The position numbers and the translations under genes were made by a program. Shown here in pieces: positions 45,426 through 55,399 of a stretch of 64,000 bases of DNA. Origin of the DNA: Acidimicrobiales bacterium (GTDB taxonomy: Bacteria > Actinomycetota > Acidimicrobiia > Acidimicrobiales > AC-9); assembly GCA_036491125.1 (NCBI GenBank), contig DASXCO010000059.1, forward strand, positions 4,981 to 68,980, written 5' to 3'. The notes beneath the pieces are model-generated. The model saw only the letters and a list, made by a program, of their open reading frames with translations. It was not told the origin of the DNA and made no database searches. Each line of letters begins with the position of its first letter. The stretch's first letter is position 1.

Positions 45426-48400
45426 CGCCGGTCGGGTCCGTCCGGCGCGAACCCCCGGCGCAGCGTGTTCTCCGTCACCACCCTCGGGTCCACGAACTGC
45501 AAGAGATAGTCGGGACCGCCCGACTTGGAACCCACGCCTGACAATCCGCGACCGCCGAAAGGTTGGCGGCCTACCACCGCTCCCGTGGTCCCCCGGTTGA
45601 CGTAGACGTTGCCCGCCCGCAGCTCGTTCGAGGCGAGCGCGATGTGCGCCGGGGAGCGCGAGAAGACGCCGGCGGTCAGCGCGTAGTCGGTGTCGTTGGC
45701 CAGCGCCACGGCTTCGGCAAAGGAGGCGGCGCGCAGCACCGCCAGCACCGGGCCGAAGATCTCCTCCCTGGCCAGTGGTGCGTCCGGCGCCACGTCGGCG
45801 ACGACCAAAGGACCGGCGAAGTAGCCCGATCGGGGGAGGTCTGCCCGCGACAGCACGACCCTGCCCTGAGTGTGTGCCGCTTCGGTGTAGCCGCGCACGC
45901 GGGCGTGCGCGTCGGCGTCGATGAGCGGCCCGACCTCGGTGGCCATGTGTCGCGGATGACCGATCGACAGCTCGAGGGCGGCACCGCTCAGCCTCGTGAC
46001 CACCTCGTCGAAGACGGGATCCAGCAGGATCAGGCGCGAGGCGGCCGAGCACTTCTGCCCGGCGTAGGAGAACGCCGAGTGCACCACGGCGGGAACGGCC
46101 TGGTCCAGGTCGGCGTCGGCGTCGACAACGATGGCGTTCTTGCCGCCCATCTCGGCGACGACGCGCTTGACCTGGCGCTGGCCGGGACGGTGCTCGGCGG
46201 CCGCGGCATTGACCTGCAGGCCCACCGCCTTCGAGCCGGTGAAGACGACGAAGCTGACGCCGGGATGGGCCACCAGGTGCGCCCCGACGACCTCCCCGAC
46301 CCCGGGCAGGAAGCCCACAACCCCCGAAGGCAGGCCGGCCGCGGCCAAGCCTTCGATCAACATGGATGCGACCGCCGGGGTCTGCTCAGCCGGCTTCAGG
46401 ATCACGGCGTTTCCGGTCACCAGCCCAGCCGTCACCATGCCGGTGGGGATGGCGAGGGGAAAGTTCCACGGTGGGATCACCACGCCGACGCCCTTGGGCT
46501 CGTAGGTCAGGCGGTTGGTCTCCCCCGGTGGCGACTCGACGGCACCACCGAGGTCCAGGCGCAGCATCTCCCTGCCGTAGTACTCGCAGAAGTCGATGGC
46601 CTCGCACACGTCGGCGTCGGCCTCGGCCCAGGGCTTTCCCGCCTCGAAGATCTCGAGGCTGGTCAGGTCGGTCCGGCGGGCGCGCAGCCATTCCGCCAGA
46701 CGGAAGAGGACCGCCGCCCGCTCACGCGTCGGCGTCCGCCTCCACTGCTCCCAGGCCCGGGCTGCAACCTCGACGGCCCGGTCGGCCTCGACCGGCCCGC
46801 AGGACGCCGAAGTCGCCACCACCGTCCCGGGCGCCGCCGGATCGACCGAGACGATGGTCGATCCGGTCTGGAACTTCTCGCCGTCGATCACCGCCGGTAC
46901 GTCGAGGCCGCGATCTCCGGGCGCAAAGGAGCTCCCGGTGCGTTCGACGACCGCCGCGAACTCCGAACGAACACCGGCACGCCGCCACTCGGCCACGGGC
47001 TCGCGATGGTAGGGCCCCGGCTTGTCCGGGTCGGTGGCGGGACGACTGGCGGGAAGCGTGGGACCCGGAAGCTCGCTCGCCTGCGGCGCGACCAGGAGGT
47101 CGTCGAGACTTCGGCGCTGGGCGAACTGGCGACGGACGAAGCTCTCGTTCGACGTGTTCTCGAGCAGGCGCCGGACGAGGTAGGACATCCCAGGCACCAG
47201 CTCGCCCATGGGGGCATAGACGCGTAGGCGCAGTCCCAGTCGGCGGATGGCGGCGTGCACCGGCTCCGCCATCCCGTACAGCATCTGGAGCTCGTAGCCC
47301 GAGTCGGGGATGCCGAGCTGGCGGGCATAGACGATGGCGTAGGCGAGCGACCGGAGGTTGTGCGAGCCGAATGCAGCCCGGACCTCGCCGTGGTGATCGT
47401 GCAGCAGCCGGGCGCAGCGCTCGTAGTTGGCGTCGGTCTGGGACTTCTCCTCGAACACCGGGACCGGCCAGCCCTCGGCTCGGGCCTGCACGGTCTCGGC
47501 ATCCCAGTAGGCCCCCTTCACCAGACGCACCCCGATGGGACGGGCGCCGGGGACGGTGGCGGTTCGCCGAGTCGACCAGGCGACGAGGTCGGCGACGTCG
47601 GCGACGGCGTCCTTCAGGTAGGCCTGGACGACCACGCCCGCCTCGAGACCGGCCAGGTCCGGCTCCTCGAGCAGGCTGCGGAACAGCTCGAAGGTCAGCT
47701 CCTTGGCGTCGTAGTCCTCGGTGTCCAGCCACACGAAGGCGCCGTGGTCGACGGCCAGCTTGAGCAGGGGGCGGAGACGGTCGGCGGCCTGGTCGACGGC
47801 CTCGGCACCTGTGAGCGGCCCGAACCTCGGCGCCAGGGCGGTCGGCTTGATGCTGACGCTGACCCGGGGCAGCGGTCCGAGATCGTCCCGCTCCAGGTGA
47901 TCGTCGGGGGCCCAGCCGGCGCTGGCGTCGAGTAGGACCCGCAGGACCTCGTCCACCCGCGCTGCATAGTGGTCGGCTTCGGCTCCGGTGAGCGTCTTCT
48001 CGCCCAGCAGGTCGACGGTGAAGGCCGTCCCCGTGCGCCACAGCCGCTCCAGCCGATCCGCCACCTCGGCCGGGGTGGTTCCGACGATGAACTGCTGGGC
48101 CATGCGGGCGATGTTGCGGCGGGCCACCGCAGCTGACAGCCGCTCGCCGCGCGGGAGGTGCTCGGCCACCCCGACGCCCAGATCGAGCAGCCGGGGGGCG
48201 TCGGCACCGGCGAAGTACTCGTGGAGATGGCGGAGCGCGTCGGCGTCACCCGTCGTGGCCGGGAACACGTCGACCAGGCGGAACAGCTGGGTCTTGAACG
48301 AGGGGTTCGCCATCGCCCAGGCGAGCATCCGCTCGCTCCACCACGACAGCCGGTAGACCCGGGCCCGCTCACCCGAGCCGAGCTCGGCGATGCGCCGAGC

Positions 48401-48466
48401 CAGGTCGGTGACTTCCGCCTCGAGCGGTGGGGCCACAACGGCCAACGTACCCGCCGCCCACGGCAA
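45422..48466 (-). CDS. putA: Bifunctional proline dehydrogenase / L-glutamate gamma-semialdehyde dehydrogenase
   Basis: 1014 aa. The N-terminal half is a PRODH barrel. The C-terminal half is an ALDH domain with EMGGKN and GQKCSAASR (catalytic Glu and Cys). Confidence 0.93.
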   Translation of the reverse strand: MPWAAGTLAVVAPPLEAEVTDLARRIAELGSGERARVYRLSWWSERMLAWAMANPSFKTQLFRLVDVFPATTGDADALRHLHEYFAGADAPRLLDLGVGVAEHLPRGERLSAAVARRNIARMAQQFIVGTTPAEVADRLERLWRTGTAFTVDLLGEKTLTGAEADHYAARVDEVLRVLLDASAGWAPDDHLERDDLGPLPRVSVSIKPTALAPRFGPLTGAEAVDQAADRLRPLLKLAVDHGAFVWLDTEDYDAKELTFELFRSLLEEPDLAGLEAGVVVQAYLKDAVADVADLVAWSTRRTATVPGARPIGVRLVKGAYWDAETVQARAEGWPVPVFEEKSQTDANYERCARLLHDHHGEVRAAFGSHNLRSLAYAIVYARQLGIPDSGYELQMLYGMAEPVHAAIRRLGLRLRVYAPMGELVPGMSYLVRRLLENTSNESFVRRQFAQRRSLDDLLVAPQASELPGPTLPASRPATDPDKPGPYHREPVAEWRRAGVRSEFAAVVERTGSSFAPGDRGLDVPAVIDGEKFQTGSTIVSVDPAAPGTVVATSASCGPVEADRAVEVAARAWEQWRRTPTRERAAVLFRLAEWLRARRTDLTSLEIFEAGKPWAEADADVCEAIDFCEYYGREMLRLDLGGAVESPPGETNRLTYEPKGVGVVIPPWNFPLAIPTGMVTAGLVTGNAVILKPAEQTPAVASMLIEGLAAAGLPSGVVGFLPGVGEVVGAHLVAHPGVSFVVFTGSKAVGLQVNAAAAEHRPGQRQVKRVVAEMGGKNAIVVDADADLDQAVPAVVHSAFSYAGQKCSAASRLILLDPVFDEVVTRLSGAALELSIGHPRHMATEVGPLIDADAHARVRGYTEAAHTQGRVVLSRADLPRSGYFAGPLVVADVAPDAPLAREEIFGPVLAVLRAASFAEAVALANDTDYALTAGVFSRSPAHIALASNELRAGNVYVNRGTTGAVVGRQPFGGRGLSGVGSKSGGPDYLLQFVDPRVVTENTLRRGFAPDGPDRR

Positions 48467-48913
48467 TCAGCCGTCGGGTGTGCTCGGGCGCCAACCGGGG
48501 TCGAGCTGGCGGAGGAACTGGCGACAGCGCTCGGCCTCGTCCGTCTCGCCGATCGAGGCGGCGACCCGGGCGAGGCCGTCCAGGCAGCGCAGGAATCCTC
48601 GGTTCGGCTCGTGGGCCGAGCGCACGTACCCCGACCCACGCCAGCCGGCCGCCCGCAAGGCGTCGAGCCCGCGGTGGTACCCGACGCGAAAGTAGGCGTA
48701 GGCCTCGATGTCGTCCCGGGCCGCGTCGCCGAGTGACGCCCAGGCCTCGAGGTAGCGGGGGTAGGCGGCAGCCACCTCGGCCACGGCGCGGTGACGATCC
48801 GGGGGCGGTGCCTCGAGCGCGGCCTGGAGCTGCTCTCGGGCGGCATCCGGGGCCGCTGGGAGCTCCGTCTCGGGCGGGCTGCCGGACAGCGAGATTCGGG
48901 AGTCGTCGGCCAC
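48467..48913 (-). CDS. DUF3151 domain protein
   Basis: Motif YFRVGYHRGLDALRAAGWRGSGYVRSAHEPNRGFLRCLDGL. The start was set to the GTG at 48913. Confidence 0.7.
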   Translation of the reverse strand: MADDSRISLSGSPPETELPAAPDAAREQLQAALEAPPPDRHRAVAEVAAAYPRYLEAWASLGDAARDDIEAYAYFRVGYHRGLDALRAAGWRGSGYVRSAHEPNRGFLRCLDGLARVAASIGETDEAERCRQFLRQLDPGWRPSTPDG

Positions 48914-48944
48914 GACGAATCGTCGCACATAGGCTCGCCCGCCG

Positions 48945-49403
48945 ATGACCGCGTCGCCCGGAGACCGGCTCCCCGGCTGCAAGTTCTGCGAGATCGTGGC
49001 CTACGAGGTGCCCACAGACCTGGTCCTCGACGAAGAGCAGGTGATGGCGTTCCTCGACCAGCGCCCCGTGTTCCCGGGCCACGTGCTGGTCGTGCCGCGA
49101 GCCCATTTCGAGACGCTCGTCGACCTACCGCCACCGCTGGTCGAGCCGCTCTTCGCCACGACCCGGCGAGTCGCCGCCGCCGTGACCCGGGCCATGGAGG
49201 CCGACGGCACCCTCGTGCTCATGAACAATCGGGTGAGCCAGAGCGTGCCCCACCTCCACATCCACATCGTGCCGCGGCGCTTCAAGGATGGTCTCCGGGG
49301 CTTCCTGTGGCCCCGCCAGCGCTACCCGGACGAAGCCACCGAGGCCAAGGTGGCGGCCGCGATCCGCGCCGCTCTCGTCACCGAGCCGCTCAGCGACAGC
49401 TGA
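48945..49403 (+). CDS. HIT-family (histidine triad) protein
   Basis: Motifs CKFCEIV, FPGHVLVVPR and SVPHLHIHIVPR. Confidence 0.88.
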   Translation: MTASPGDRLPGCKFCEIVAYEVPTDLVLDEEQVMAFLDQRPVFPGHVLVVPRAHFETLVDLPPPLVEPLFATTRRVAAAVTRAMEADGTLVLMNNRVSQSVPHLHIHIVPRRFKDGLRGFLWPRQRYPDEATEAKVAAAIRAALVTEPLSDS

Positions 49404-49458
49404 GGCCGCCTGTGACGCCGGCCCATCGACGACACCGACCGAGGACAGCGGTCGTCCG

Positions 49459-50745
49459 TTAGCCGAAGCGGACCAGGTGCTGGTCCCGTCTCCCCCGCCG
49501 CAGGAGCAGGTAGCGATCCCGCAGCAGGTCGTCGGGGCCCAGCTGGCGGGCCCGGTCGAGCTCGCGGTGATTGTTCACGTAGGCGCCGCCCTGCTCGATC
49601 GTCGTCCGCGCCGCGGAGCGAGACGGTGCGAGCCCCGTCTCGACCATCGCCTCCACGAGAGAGAGCCCGCCGTCAGCAAGACGTTCCCTCGACCAGGTGC
49701 TGGACGGCGCATCGGCGAGCACGTCCACGAGGACCTCCTCGTCGAGCTTGGCGATCTCCTCAGAGAACAGCGCCGCCGCGGCGCGCTCGGCGTTGGCCGT
49801 CGCCGCCTCGCCGTGGACCAGCGTGGTCACCTCGCGCGCCAGAGTCCGTTGGGCCTCGCGGGCCTGGGGGCGCGTGGCGACGGCGGCGTCGAGCTCCTCG
49901 ATCCGCTCGTAATCGAGCCAGGTGTAGTAACGGAGGTAGGTGCCGACGACGCTGTCTTCGCTGCGCAGGAAGAACTGGAAGAGCTGGTACGGGCTGGTGC
50001 GCCGCTCGTCCAGCCAGACGGTGCCGGCTTCGGTCTTGCCGAACTTCGTCCCGTCGGGCCGCACGACGAGAGGCCAGGTCAACCCCCACGCTTCGGCGCC
50101 CCCTAGGCGCCGGATCAGCTCGATGCCCATGGTGATGTTGCCCCACTGGTCGCTGCCCCCGAGCTGCAGCCGACACCCGTAGGTGTCGAACAGTCGGAAA
50201 AAGTCGTAGGCCTGGAGCAACATGTAGCTGAACTCGGTGAACGACATGCCCTGCTCGGGCGTGTCCAGCCGGGCTCGCACGGTCTCCTTGGCGATCATCT
50301 GGCCCACACCGAAGTGCTTGCCAACGTCGCGGAGGAACTCCAGGAGTCCCAGCGGACCGAGCCATTCGGCGTTGTCCACCAGCAGCGCCTGCCTGGCGCC
50401 GGCCGATGGCGTGAAGTCGAGGAAGCGACCGAGCTGGCCGCGAATGCCGGCGAGGTTGGCCTCGAGCGTCTCGGCTCCGAGCAGCTGACGCTCCTCGCTC
50501 TTGCCGCTCGGGTCGCCGATCATCCCCGTACCTCCGCCCGCCAGGGCGATCGGCCGGTGGCCGGCCTCCTGCAGTCGGCGGAGGTTGAAGATCCCGAGCA
50601 GGTGGCCGACATGGAGGCTGTCGGCGCTGGGATCGAAGCCGGCGTAGGCGGTCAGCGGCTCCCGGTCGAGCATCGGGGCCAGCCTGGCGTCACTCATCTG
50701 TTGGACGAGACCACGGAACTGGAGGTCGGCAACGAGTCCGCGCAC
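49459..50745 (-). CDS. tyrS: Tyrosine--tRNA ligase
   Basis: HIGH-type motif HVGHLLG, KMSKS-type motif KFGKTE, and a C-terminal S4-like domain. The start is GTG. Confidence 0.96.
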   Translation of the reverse strand: MRGLVADLQFRGLVQQMSDARLAPMLDREPLTAYAGFDPSADSLHVGHLLGIFNLRRLQEAGHRPIALAGGGTGMIGDPSGKSEERQLLGAETLEANLAGIRGQLGRFLDFTPSAGARQALLVDNAEWLGPLGLLEFLRDVGKHFGVGQMIAKETVRARLDTPEQGMSFTEFSYMLLQAYDFFRLFDTYGCRLQLGGSDQWGNITMGIELIRRLGGAEAWGLTWPLVVRPDGTKFGKTEAGTVWLDERRTSPYQLFQFFLRSEDSVVGTYLRYYTWLDYERIEELDAAVATRPQAREAQRTLAREVTTLVHGEAATANAERAAAALFSEEIAKLDEEVLVDVLADAPSSTWSRERLADGGLSLVEAMVETGLAPSRSAARTTIEQGGAYVNNHRELDRARQLGPDDLLRDRYLLLRRGRRDQHLVRFG

Positions 50746-50824
50746 GCGGGCCAGCCTGCCACGGCTGGCCCGGACCAGACACGACGTTGCACCGGGCCGC
50801 TGTCGCCCGCCCGGAGTCGACCCA

Positions 50825-50837
50825 GTCGTGTCACGAC
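50825..50837. promoter_or_regulatory. 13-bp perfect palindrome, a candidate TetR operator
   Basis: GTCGTG-T-CACGAC, located 27-45 nt upstream of the candidate TetR starts, in the tyrS/tetR divergent gap. Confidence 0.3.
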
Positions 50838-50881
50838 GACGTTGCTACGGCGAAACGACGCTGATGGTGCGACCCTGGAGT

Positions 50882-51472
50882 ATGGGTGCTCGTCTCTCCC
50901 GCCAGGCGATCATCGAGACGGCCCGCACCCTGCTGGCGGCGGAAGGGATCGAGGCGGTGTCCCTGCGCCGGGTTGCGGGCGCTCTGGGCGTCACCGCTCC
51001 GGCCCTCTATGCCCACGTGAAGGACAAACACGACCTTCTCCAGGGTCTCGCTGACCAAGAAGGCCGGCGGATGATCGAGCGCATCCGGTCCATCCCCGAG
51101 CGCGACCCCCTGGCGCTCCTCCGGGCCCGGAGCCTGGCCTACGTGGCGTACGCCAAAGAGAACCCGGCGCTGTTCAAGGCCATCTTCATGGTTCGGCCCG
51201 AGCTCACGGCCCAGCCCCAGGACACCGAGGCGATGGCCACCATGGCGACCGAGGCCTTCCAGGTCGGAGCGGCGCCGGTCTTCGAGCTCGCTCGAGCCGG
51301 CCTGCTCGGCAGCGTCGACCCCCAGCTCGCATGGCTGGCCATCTGGACCGCCACCCACGGCGTGGCCACCGTGATCCTCGCCGGACCCGAGTTCGACCCC
51401 GACCTGGAGCGGGCACTGGTCGAGACGGTGATCGACGCCGTCATCGCCGGGCTCACCGGCCGCCGGCCATAG
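50882..51472 (+). CDS. TetR/AcrR-family transcriptional regulator
   Basis: Motif RQAIIETARTLLAAEGIEAVSLRRVAGALGVTAPALYAHVKDKHDLL. Alternative ATG starts lie at 50864 and 50828. Confidence 0.85.
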   Translation: MGARLSRQAIIETARTLLAAEGIEAVSLRRVAGALGVTAPALYAHVKDKHDLLQGLADQEGRRMIERIRSIPERDPLALLRARSLAYVAYAKENPALFKAIFMVRPELTAQPQDTEAMATMATEAFQVGAAPVFELARAGLLGSVDPQLAWLAIWTATHGVATVILAGPEFDPDLERALVETVIDAVIAGLTGRRP

Positions 51473-51580
51473 GCCGCCCCGGGAGGCCGGACACGACCAC
51501 AAGCCGGCCCAGGAGGCCGGTCCGCGGGACCGCCCACCACGGACCGGGCACGGCCGGGGGGCGGGCATAGGCTCGTCGTC

Positions 51581-53617
51581 ATGAACCGTCTCTCCGCCGA
51601 GACCAGCCCCTACCTTCGCCAGCACCAGGACAATCCGGTGGACTGGTATCCATGGGGCCAGGAGGCATTCGAGCGCGCTCGCGCCGAAGATCGCCCGGTC
51701 ATGCTCTCCATCGGGTACTCCGCGTGTCACTGGTGTCACGTGATGGCGCACGAGTCGTTCGAGGACGAGCGCACGGCGGCCCTGCTCAACGACCGCTTCG
51801 TCAGCGTCAAGGTCGACCGCGAGGAGCGACCTGATGTCGACGCGGTGTACATGGAGGCCGTCCAGGCCATCACCGGTCGGGGGGGCTGGCCGATGACGGT
51901 CTTCCTCACCCCCGACCGGCGACCGTTCTACGGGGGCACCTACTTCCCCAAGGACGGCCGGGGTGGGCTGCCGGGGTTCACCACGGTCCTGCAGGCCATC
52001 GACGCGGCCTGGCGCGAACAGCGCGACGAGGTCGTCGGCCAGGCCGAGCAGCTGGTGGGCGCCGTCGAGGCCAGGTTGGAGATCCCCTCCTCCGGAGACG
52101 GCGCCCGCCGACCGGCACCTGATCCAGGTCAGCTCCTGCAAGGGGCCTATGCCGCCCTGCAGAGCGCCTACGACCCGGGCTGGGGGGGCTTCGGGGCGGC
52201 TCCCAAGTTTCCCCAACCGTCGATGCTCGAGCTGACGCTCCGGGCCCACGACCGCTCGGGCGGCGAGACGGCGCTCGCCATGGTGGCGACCACGCTCGAC
52301 GCCATGGCCTCGGGGGGCATCTACGACCACCTCGGAGGCGGGTTCGCGCGGTACTCGGTGGACGGCCGCTGGATGGTCCCGCATTTCGAGAAGATGCTGT
52401 ACGACCAGGCCGGGTTGGCCCGCATCTACCTGCACGGGTGGCAGGTCAACGGGTCGCCGCACTGGCGGCAGGTGCTCGACGAGACCGTGGAGTACGTGCT
52501 GCGCGACCTGCGCGGCCCCGAGGGTGGGCTCTACTCCGCCGAGGACGCCGACTCCGAGGGGGTCGAGGGTCGGTTCTACGTCTGGAGCCTGCAGGAGGTG
52601 ACCGACACGCTCGGCCCCGAGCTGGCCCCGGCGGCCATCGACTGGTACGGCATCACCGCCGCGGGGAACTTCGAGGGCTCGAACATCCTGTACCGGCCCC
52701 AACGCGGAGACCTGCTGCGCCCGCCCGCGATCGAGCGGGCGCGGCGGCAGCTGTTCGAGCACCGGGCCCGACGCGTGCGGCCCGGTCTGGACGACAAGGT
52801 GCTCACCGAGTGGAACGCCATGTTCTGCTCGACGCTGGCCGAAGCGGCGGGGGCGACGGGTCGGGCCGACTGGCGGGCGGAGGCGGTCTCGATCGCCGAG
52901 TTCCTCGTCGGATCCCTGCGGCGAGGCGACGGGCGGTGGCTGCGCTCCTGGCAGGCGGATTCCAGTCGCGACAGCGACGCCGGTGATGGTGGCGGGCGCG
53001 GGCGGGCCGGGCACCTGGCCGTAGCGGCCGACTACGCCTGGCTGGTCGAGGCCTTCACCCGACTGTCAGAGCTCATCGGCGAGGCCCGCTGGATCGAGGC
53101 CGCCCGGTCCACGGCCGACGCCATGCTCACCCTGTTCTGGGATCCGGCACAAGGCGGGCTCTTCACCACGGGTGAGGACGCCGAGCGGCTCATCGTCCGC
53201 TCGAAGGAGCTGTTCGACGGGGCCACGCCCTCGGCGAACTCGGTGGGTGCCGTCGCCCTCGCCCGTCTGGCCGCCCTCACTGGCGAGCAGAGCTACGCCG
53301 ACGCCGCCGAGGCCATCCTTGCGTTGCTCGGAGACGTGATGGCCACGCAGCCGACCGCTTTCACCCACGCCCTCGGCGCCGTCGATCTCCTCGCCGATGG
53401 CGTCACCGAGGTCGCCGTCGTGGGTGACCGCCCCGAGCTCGTCGAGGCCGTTCACCATGCCTACCTGCCCCGTGCCGTGCTGGCGTGGGGGGAGCCGTAC
53501 CCGTCGCCGCTGTGGGAGGGCCGGCGCGACGGCCTCGCCTACGTCTGTCGTGACTACGCCTGCCTGGCGCCCACGTCGACGATCGAGGACCTGGAGGGCC
53601 AGCTCACCGCCCCGTGA
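51581..53617 (+). CDS. Thioredoxin-domain (DUF255) / six-hairpin glycosidase-like protein, YyaL/SPATA20-like
   Basis: Motifs [25 protein letters not shown] and [20 protein letters not shown]. 678 aa. Confidence 0.88.
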   Translation: MNRLSAETSPYLRQHQDNPVDWYPWGQEAFERARAEDRPVMLSIGYSACHWCHVMAHESFEDERTAALLNDRFVSVKVDREERPDVDAVYMEAVQAITGRGGWPMTVFLTPDRRPFYGGTYFPKDGRGGLPGFTTVLQAIDAAWREQRDEVVGQAEQLVGAVEARLEIPSSGDGARRPAPDPGQLLQGAYAALQSAYDPGWGGFGAAPKFPQPSMLELTLRAHDRSGGETALAMVATTLDAMASGGIYDHLGGGFARYSVDGRWMVPHFEKMLYDQAGLARIYLHGWQVNGSPHWRQVLDETVEYVLRDLRGPEGGLYSAEDADSEGVEGRFYVWSLQEVTDTLGPELAPAAIDWYGITAAGNFEGSNILYRPQRGDLLRPPAIERARRQLFEHRARRVRPGLDDKVLTEWNAMFCSTLAEAAGATGRADWRAEAVSIAEFLVGSLRRGDGRWLRSWQADSSRDSDAGDGGGRGRAGHLAVAADYAWLVEAFTRLSELIGEARWIEAARSTADAMLTLFWDPAQGGLFTTGEDAERLIVRSKELFDGATPSANSVGAVALARLAALTGEQSYADAAEAILALLGDVMATQPTAFTHALGAVDLLADGVTEVAVVGDRPELVEAVHHAYLPRAVLAWGEPYPSPLWEGRRDGLAYVCRDYACLAPTSTIEDLEGQLTAP

Positions 53618-53662
53618 CCATCCATCCGACAACGCACAGGCAACCGGAGGCATGATGGGGCC

Positions 53663-54331
53663 GTGAGTCGTACCGGTCTCTCGTCGCCCCGGCTCGACCT
53701 CGCCGGGGCGGAGCTCCGGCTCCTGGTCCTGGCCGAGCGCCCCGACGAGTATCTGGCGGTCGACGTCGACTCGGGCGCGTTCGTGCGGGCGCACGGCTCC
53801 ACAGACACCGACACCGCCCCGAGCCACATCCTGGACGTGATCAAGGTCGAGCTGGCGGCCAACGAGCACGCCAGCGACCTCTCGCAGCCCGAGGCGGTCA
53901 CCATGGCCGGACCGGCACGACCGGCCCGCCGGGTTCGCCGCGGACGAGTGAAGCGATATCTGCGGGCCCTCGTCGCGCCCAAGGGTGAGCCGCTGCTCGG
54001 CTTCCCCGCCTCGGCCACCCCGTACTGGACCCTGAACGGCACCCGGCCGTCGCTGGCCCTGATCACGCCCGACGATGGCCTGACGGTCACCAGGCGTCAG
54101 CCCGACGACACCCTGTGGGCCCGATTCCAATGGGATGCCGGCCTGCACCACCTACCCGTCGATGACGCCCGCCTGTCCACTGCTTTCGCCGACGGTCGTC
54201 GGGTCCGTCTCGCCGGCCGGGCGCTTTCCCACGCCCTCGGCCATCGGCCCCACTACCTGCTCGTGGCGCTCGCCCCACCGCGCAACGGCCACTGCTACAA
54301 AACGCTGGTGGCCGTGCTCCCCCGCCAATGA
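53663..54331 (+). CDS. Conserved hypothetical protein
   Basis: 222 aa with protein-like composition (ILDVIKVELAANEHASD, YWTLNGTRPSLALITPDD, GHCYKTLVAVLP). I do not recognise the family. Confidence 0.55.
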   Translation: MSRTGLSSPRLDLAGAELRLLVLAERPDEYLAVDVDSGAFVRAHGSTDTDTAPSHILDVIKVELAANEHASDLSQPEAVTMAGPARPARRVRRGRVKRYLRALVAPKGEPLLGFPASATPYWTLNGTRPSLALITPDDGLTVTRRQPDDTLWARFQWDAGLHHLPVDDARLSTAFADGRRVRLAGRALSHALGHRPHYLLVALAPPRNGHCYKTLVAVLPRQ

Positions 54332-54415
54332 CCAGCCGGGCCTGGCGTTCTCCAGGCACCTAGGGCGGCGAGGGCCCGGGAGGCCGGTCCGAAGGAACGG
54401 CCCCAGGCAACACGT

Positions 54416-55360
54416 CTAGGCCGTGAGGGCGGCGAGGGCCCCGCGGAATCGATCGGTGGCCAGACTGCGCGCCGTCGACTCGTACGCATCTCGGGCCGTG
54501 CGGTCGAGACCTGCGCCTCGCATGAGGTTGATGCCGTGGGCCCGCACCTCGGCCGCCGTCGGCCGCAGGAGGAGGACCTCGGCGCCCCGTCGACGGGCCG
54601 CGCCGGCTTCCTGGGCGAGCGCCCGGGCCGGCACCCTGCGAGCCAGCTGGACCACGGGCCCGGGCGCCCCGGCGGGGTCGTAGGCCAGCGGCGCCACGCC
54701 GATGATCAGATCACAACCGGCCTTCGCGGCTAGGTCAAGGTTGGTGGTCGAGTGCGCGCCCCCGTCGACGAGCACGTGATCGCCGACCCGGACGGGGGGG
54801 AAGATCCCCGGTATGGCGCAGGAGGCCTGGACGGCGCGCGGCAGGTCGACGCGGGTGTCGGCGTCACGGCCGAGCACGACCCGCCGGCCGCTACCGATGT
54901 CGACGGCACAGAGCCACAGGGGCTCCGTCGGCCACGTCGCTGGCAGCTCGGCCTCCAGCCTGTCCCGACCCTCGGCCATGGCGAACAACCCGCCGGGGAA
55001 CGCCCGCCTCAGCACGACCGGCACCGCCGGGACGGGGATACGCAGCACCGAACGGCTGAGCACGTATGCCGACCCGACGCCTCGCTGCACCAGCTCGAGC
55101 GGTGAGGCGAAGTTGGGAGCCAAAATGTCTCCCCATCCATCACGCTCGGCGCCGTCGGGGGCGAGCGCCTCGTTCCAGAAGTCGGCCGTCGACCAGCCGC
55201 TGCGGAGGTAGGCGGCGATGGCCGCTCCAGCACTGGTGCCCACGATCAGGTCGGCCGAGGCCAGCCGGATCCCTCCCTCCTCCTCGAGGGCGTGGAGCAC
55301 GCCGGCGTGGTACGCCAGGCCGACCACTCCACCGGCACCGAGCACCAGTCCGAGTTTCAC
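54416..55360 (-). CDS. Patatin-like phospholipase
   Basis: GxGxxG (LGAGGVVGLAYHAG), GxSxG (GTSAGA) and the catalytic Asp (VLVDGGAHS). Confidence 0.85.
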   Translation of the reverse strand: MKLGLVLGAGGVVGLAYHAGVLHALEEEGGIRLASADLIVGTSAGAAIAAYLRSGWSTADFWNEALAPDGAERDGWGDILAPNFASPLELVQRGVGSAYVLSRSVLRIPVPAVPVVLRRAFPGGLFAMAEGRDRLEAELPATWPTEPLWLCAVDIGSGRRVVLGRDADTRVDLPRAVQASCAIPGIFPPVRVGDHVLVDGGAHSTTNLDLAAKAGCDLIIGVAPLAYDPAGAPGPVVQLARRVPARALAQEAGAARRRGAEVLLLRPTAAEVRAHGINLMRGAGLDRTARDAYESTARSLATDRFRGALAALTA

Positions 55361-55399
55361 GACTCCCCCCCGCCGCCGCGCGCTACGAGTCGGGTGGAC

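Noticed and set aside
50746-50863. Looked for a T-box leader upstream of tyrS
   Set aside because: The gap is only about 118 nt. It contains no T-box consensus (AAnnnGGGTGGnACCgCG-like) and no terminator/antiterminator pair. It looks like a plain divergent promoter region containing a TetR operator candidate.
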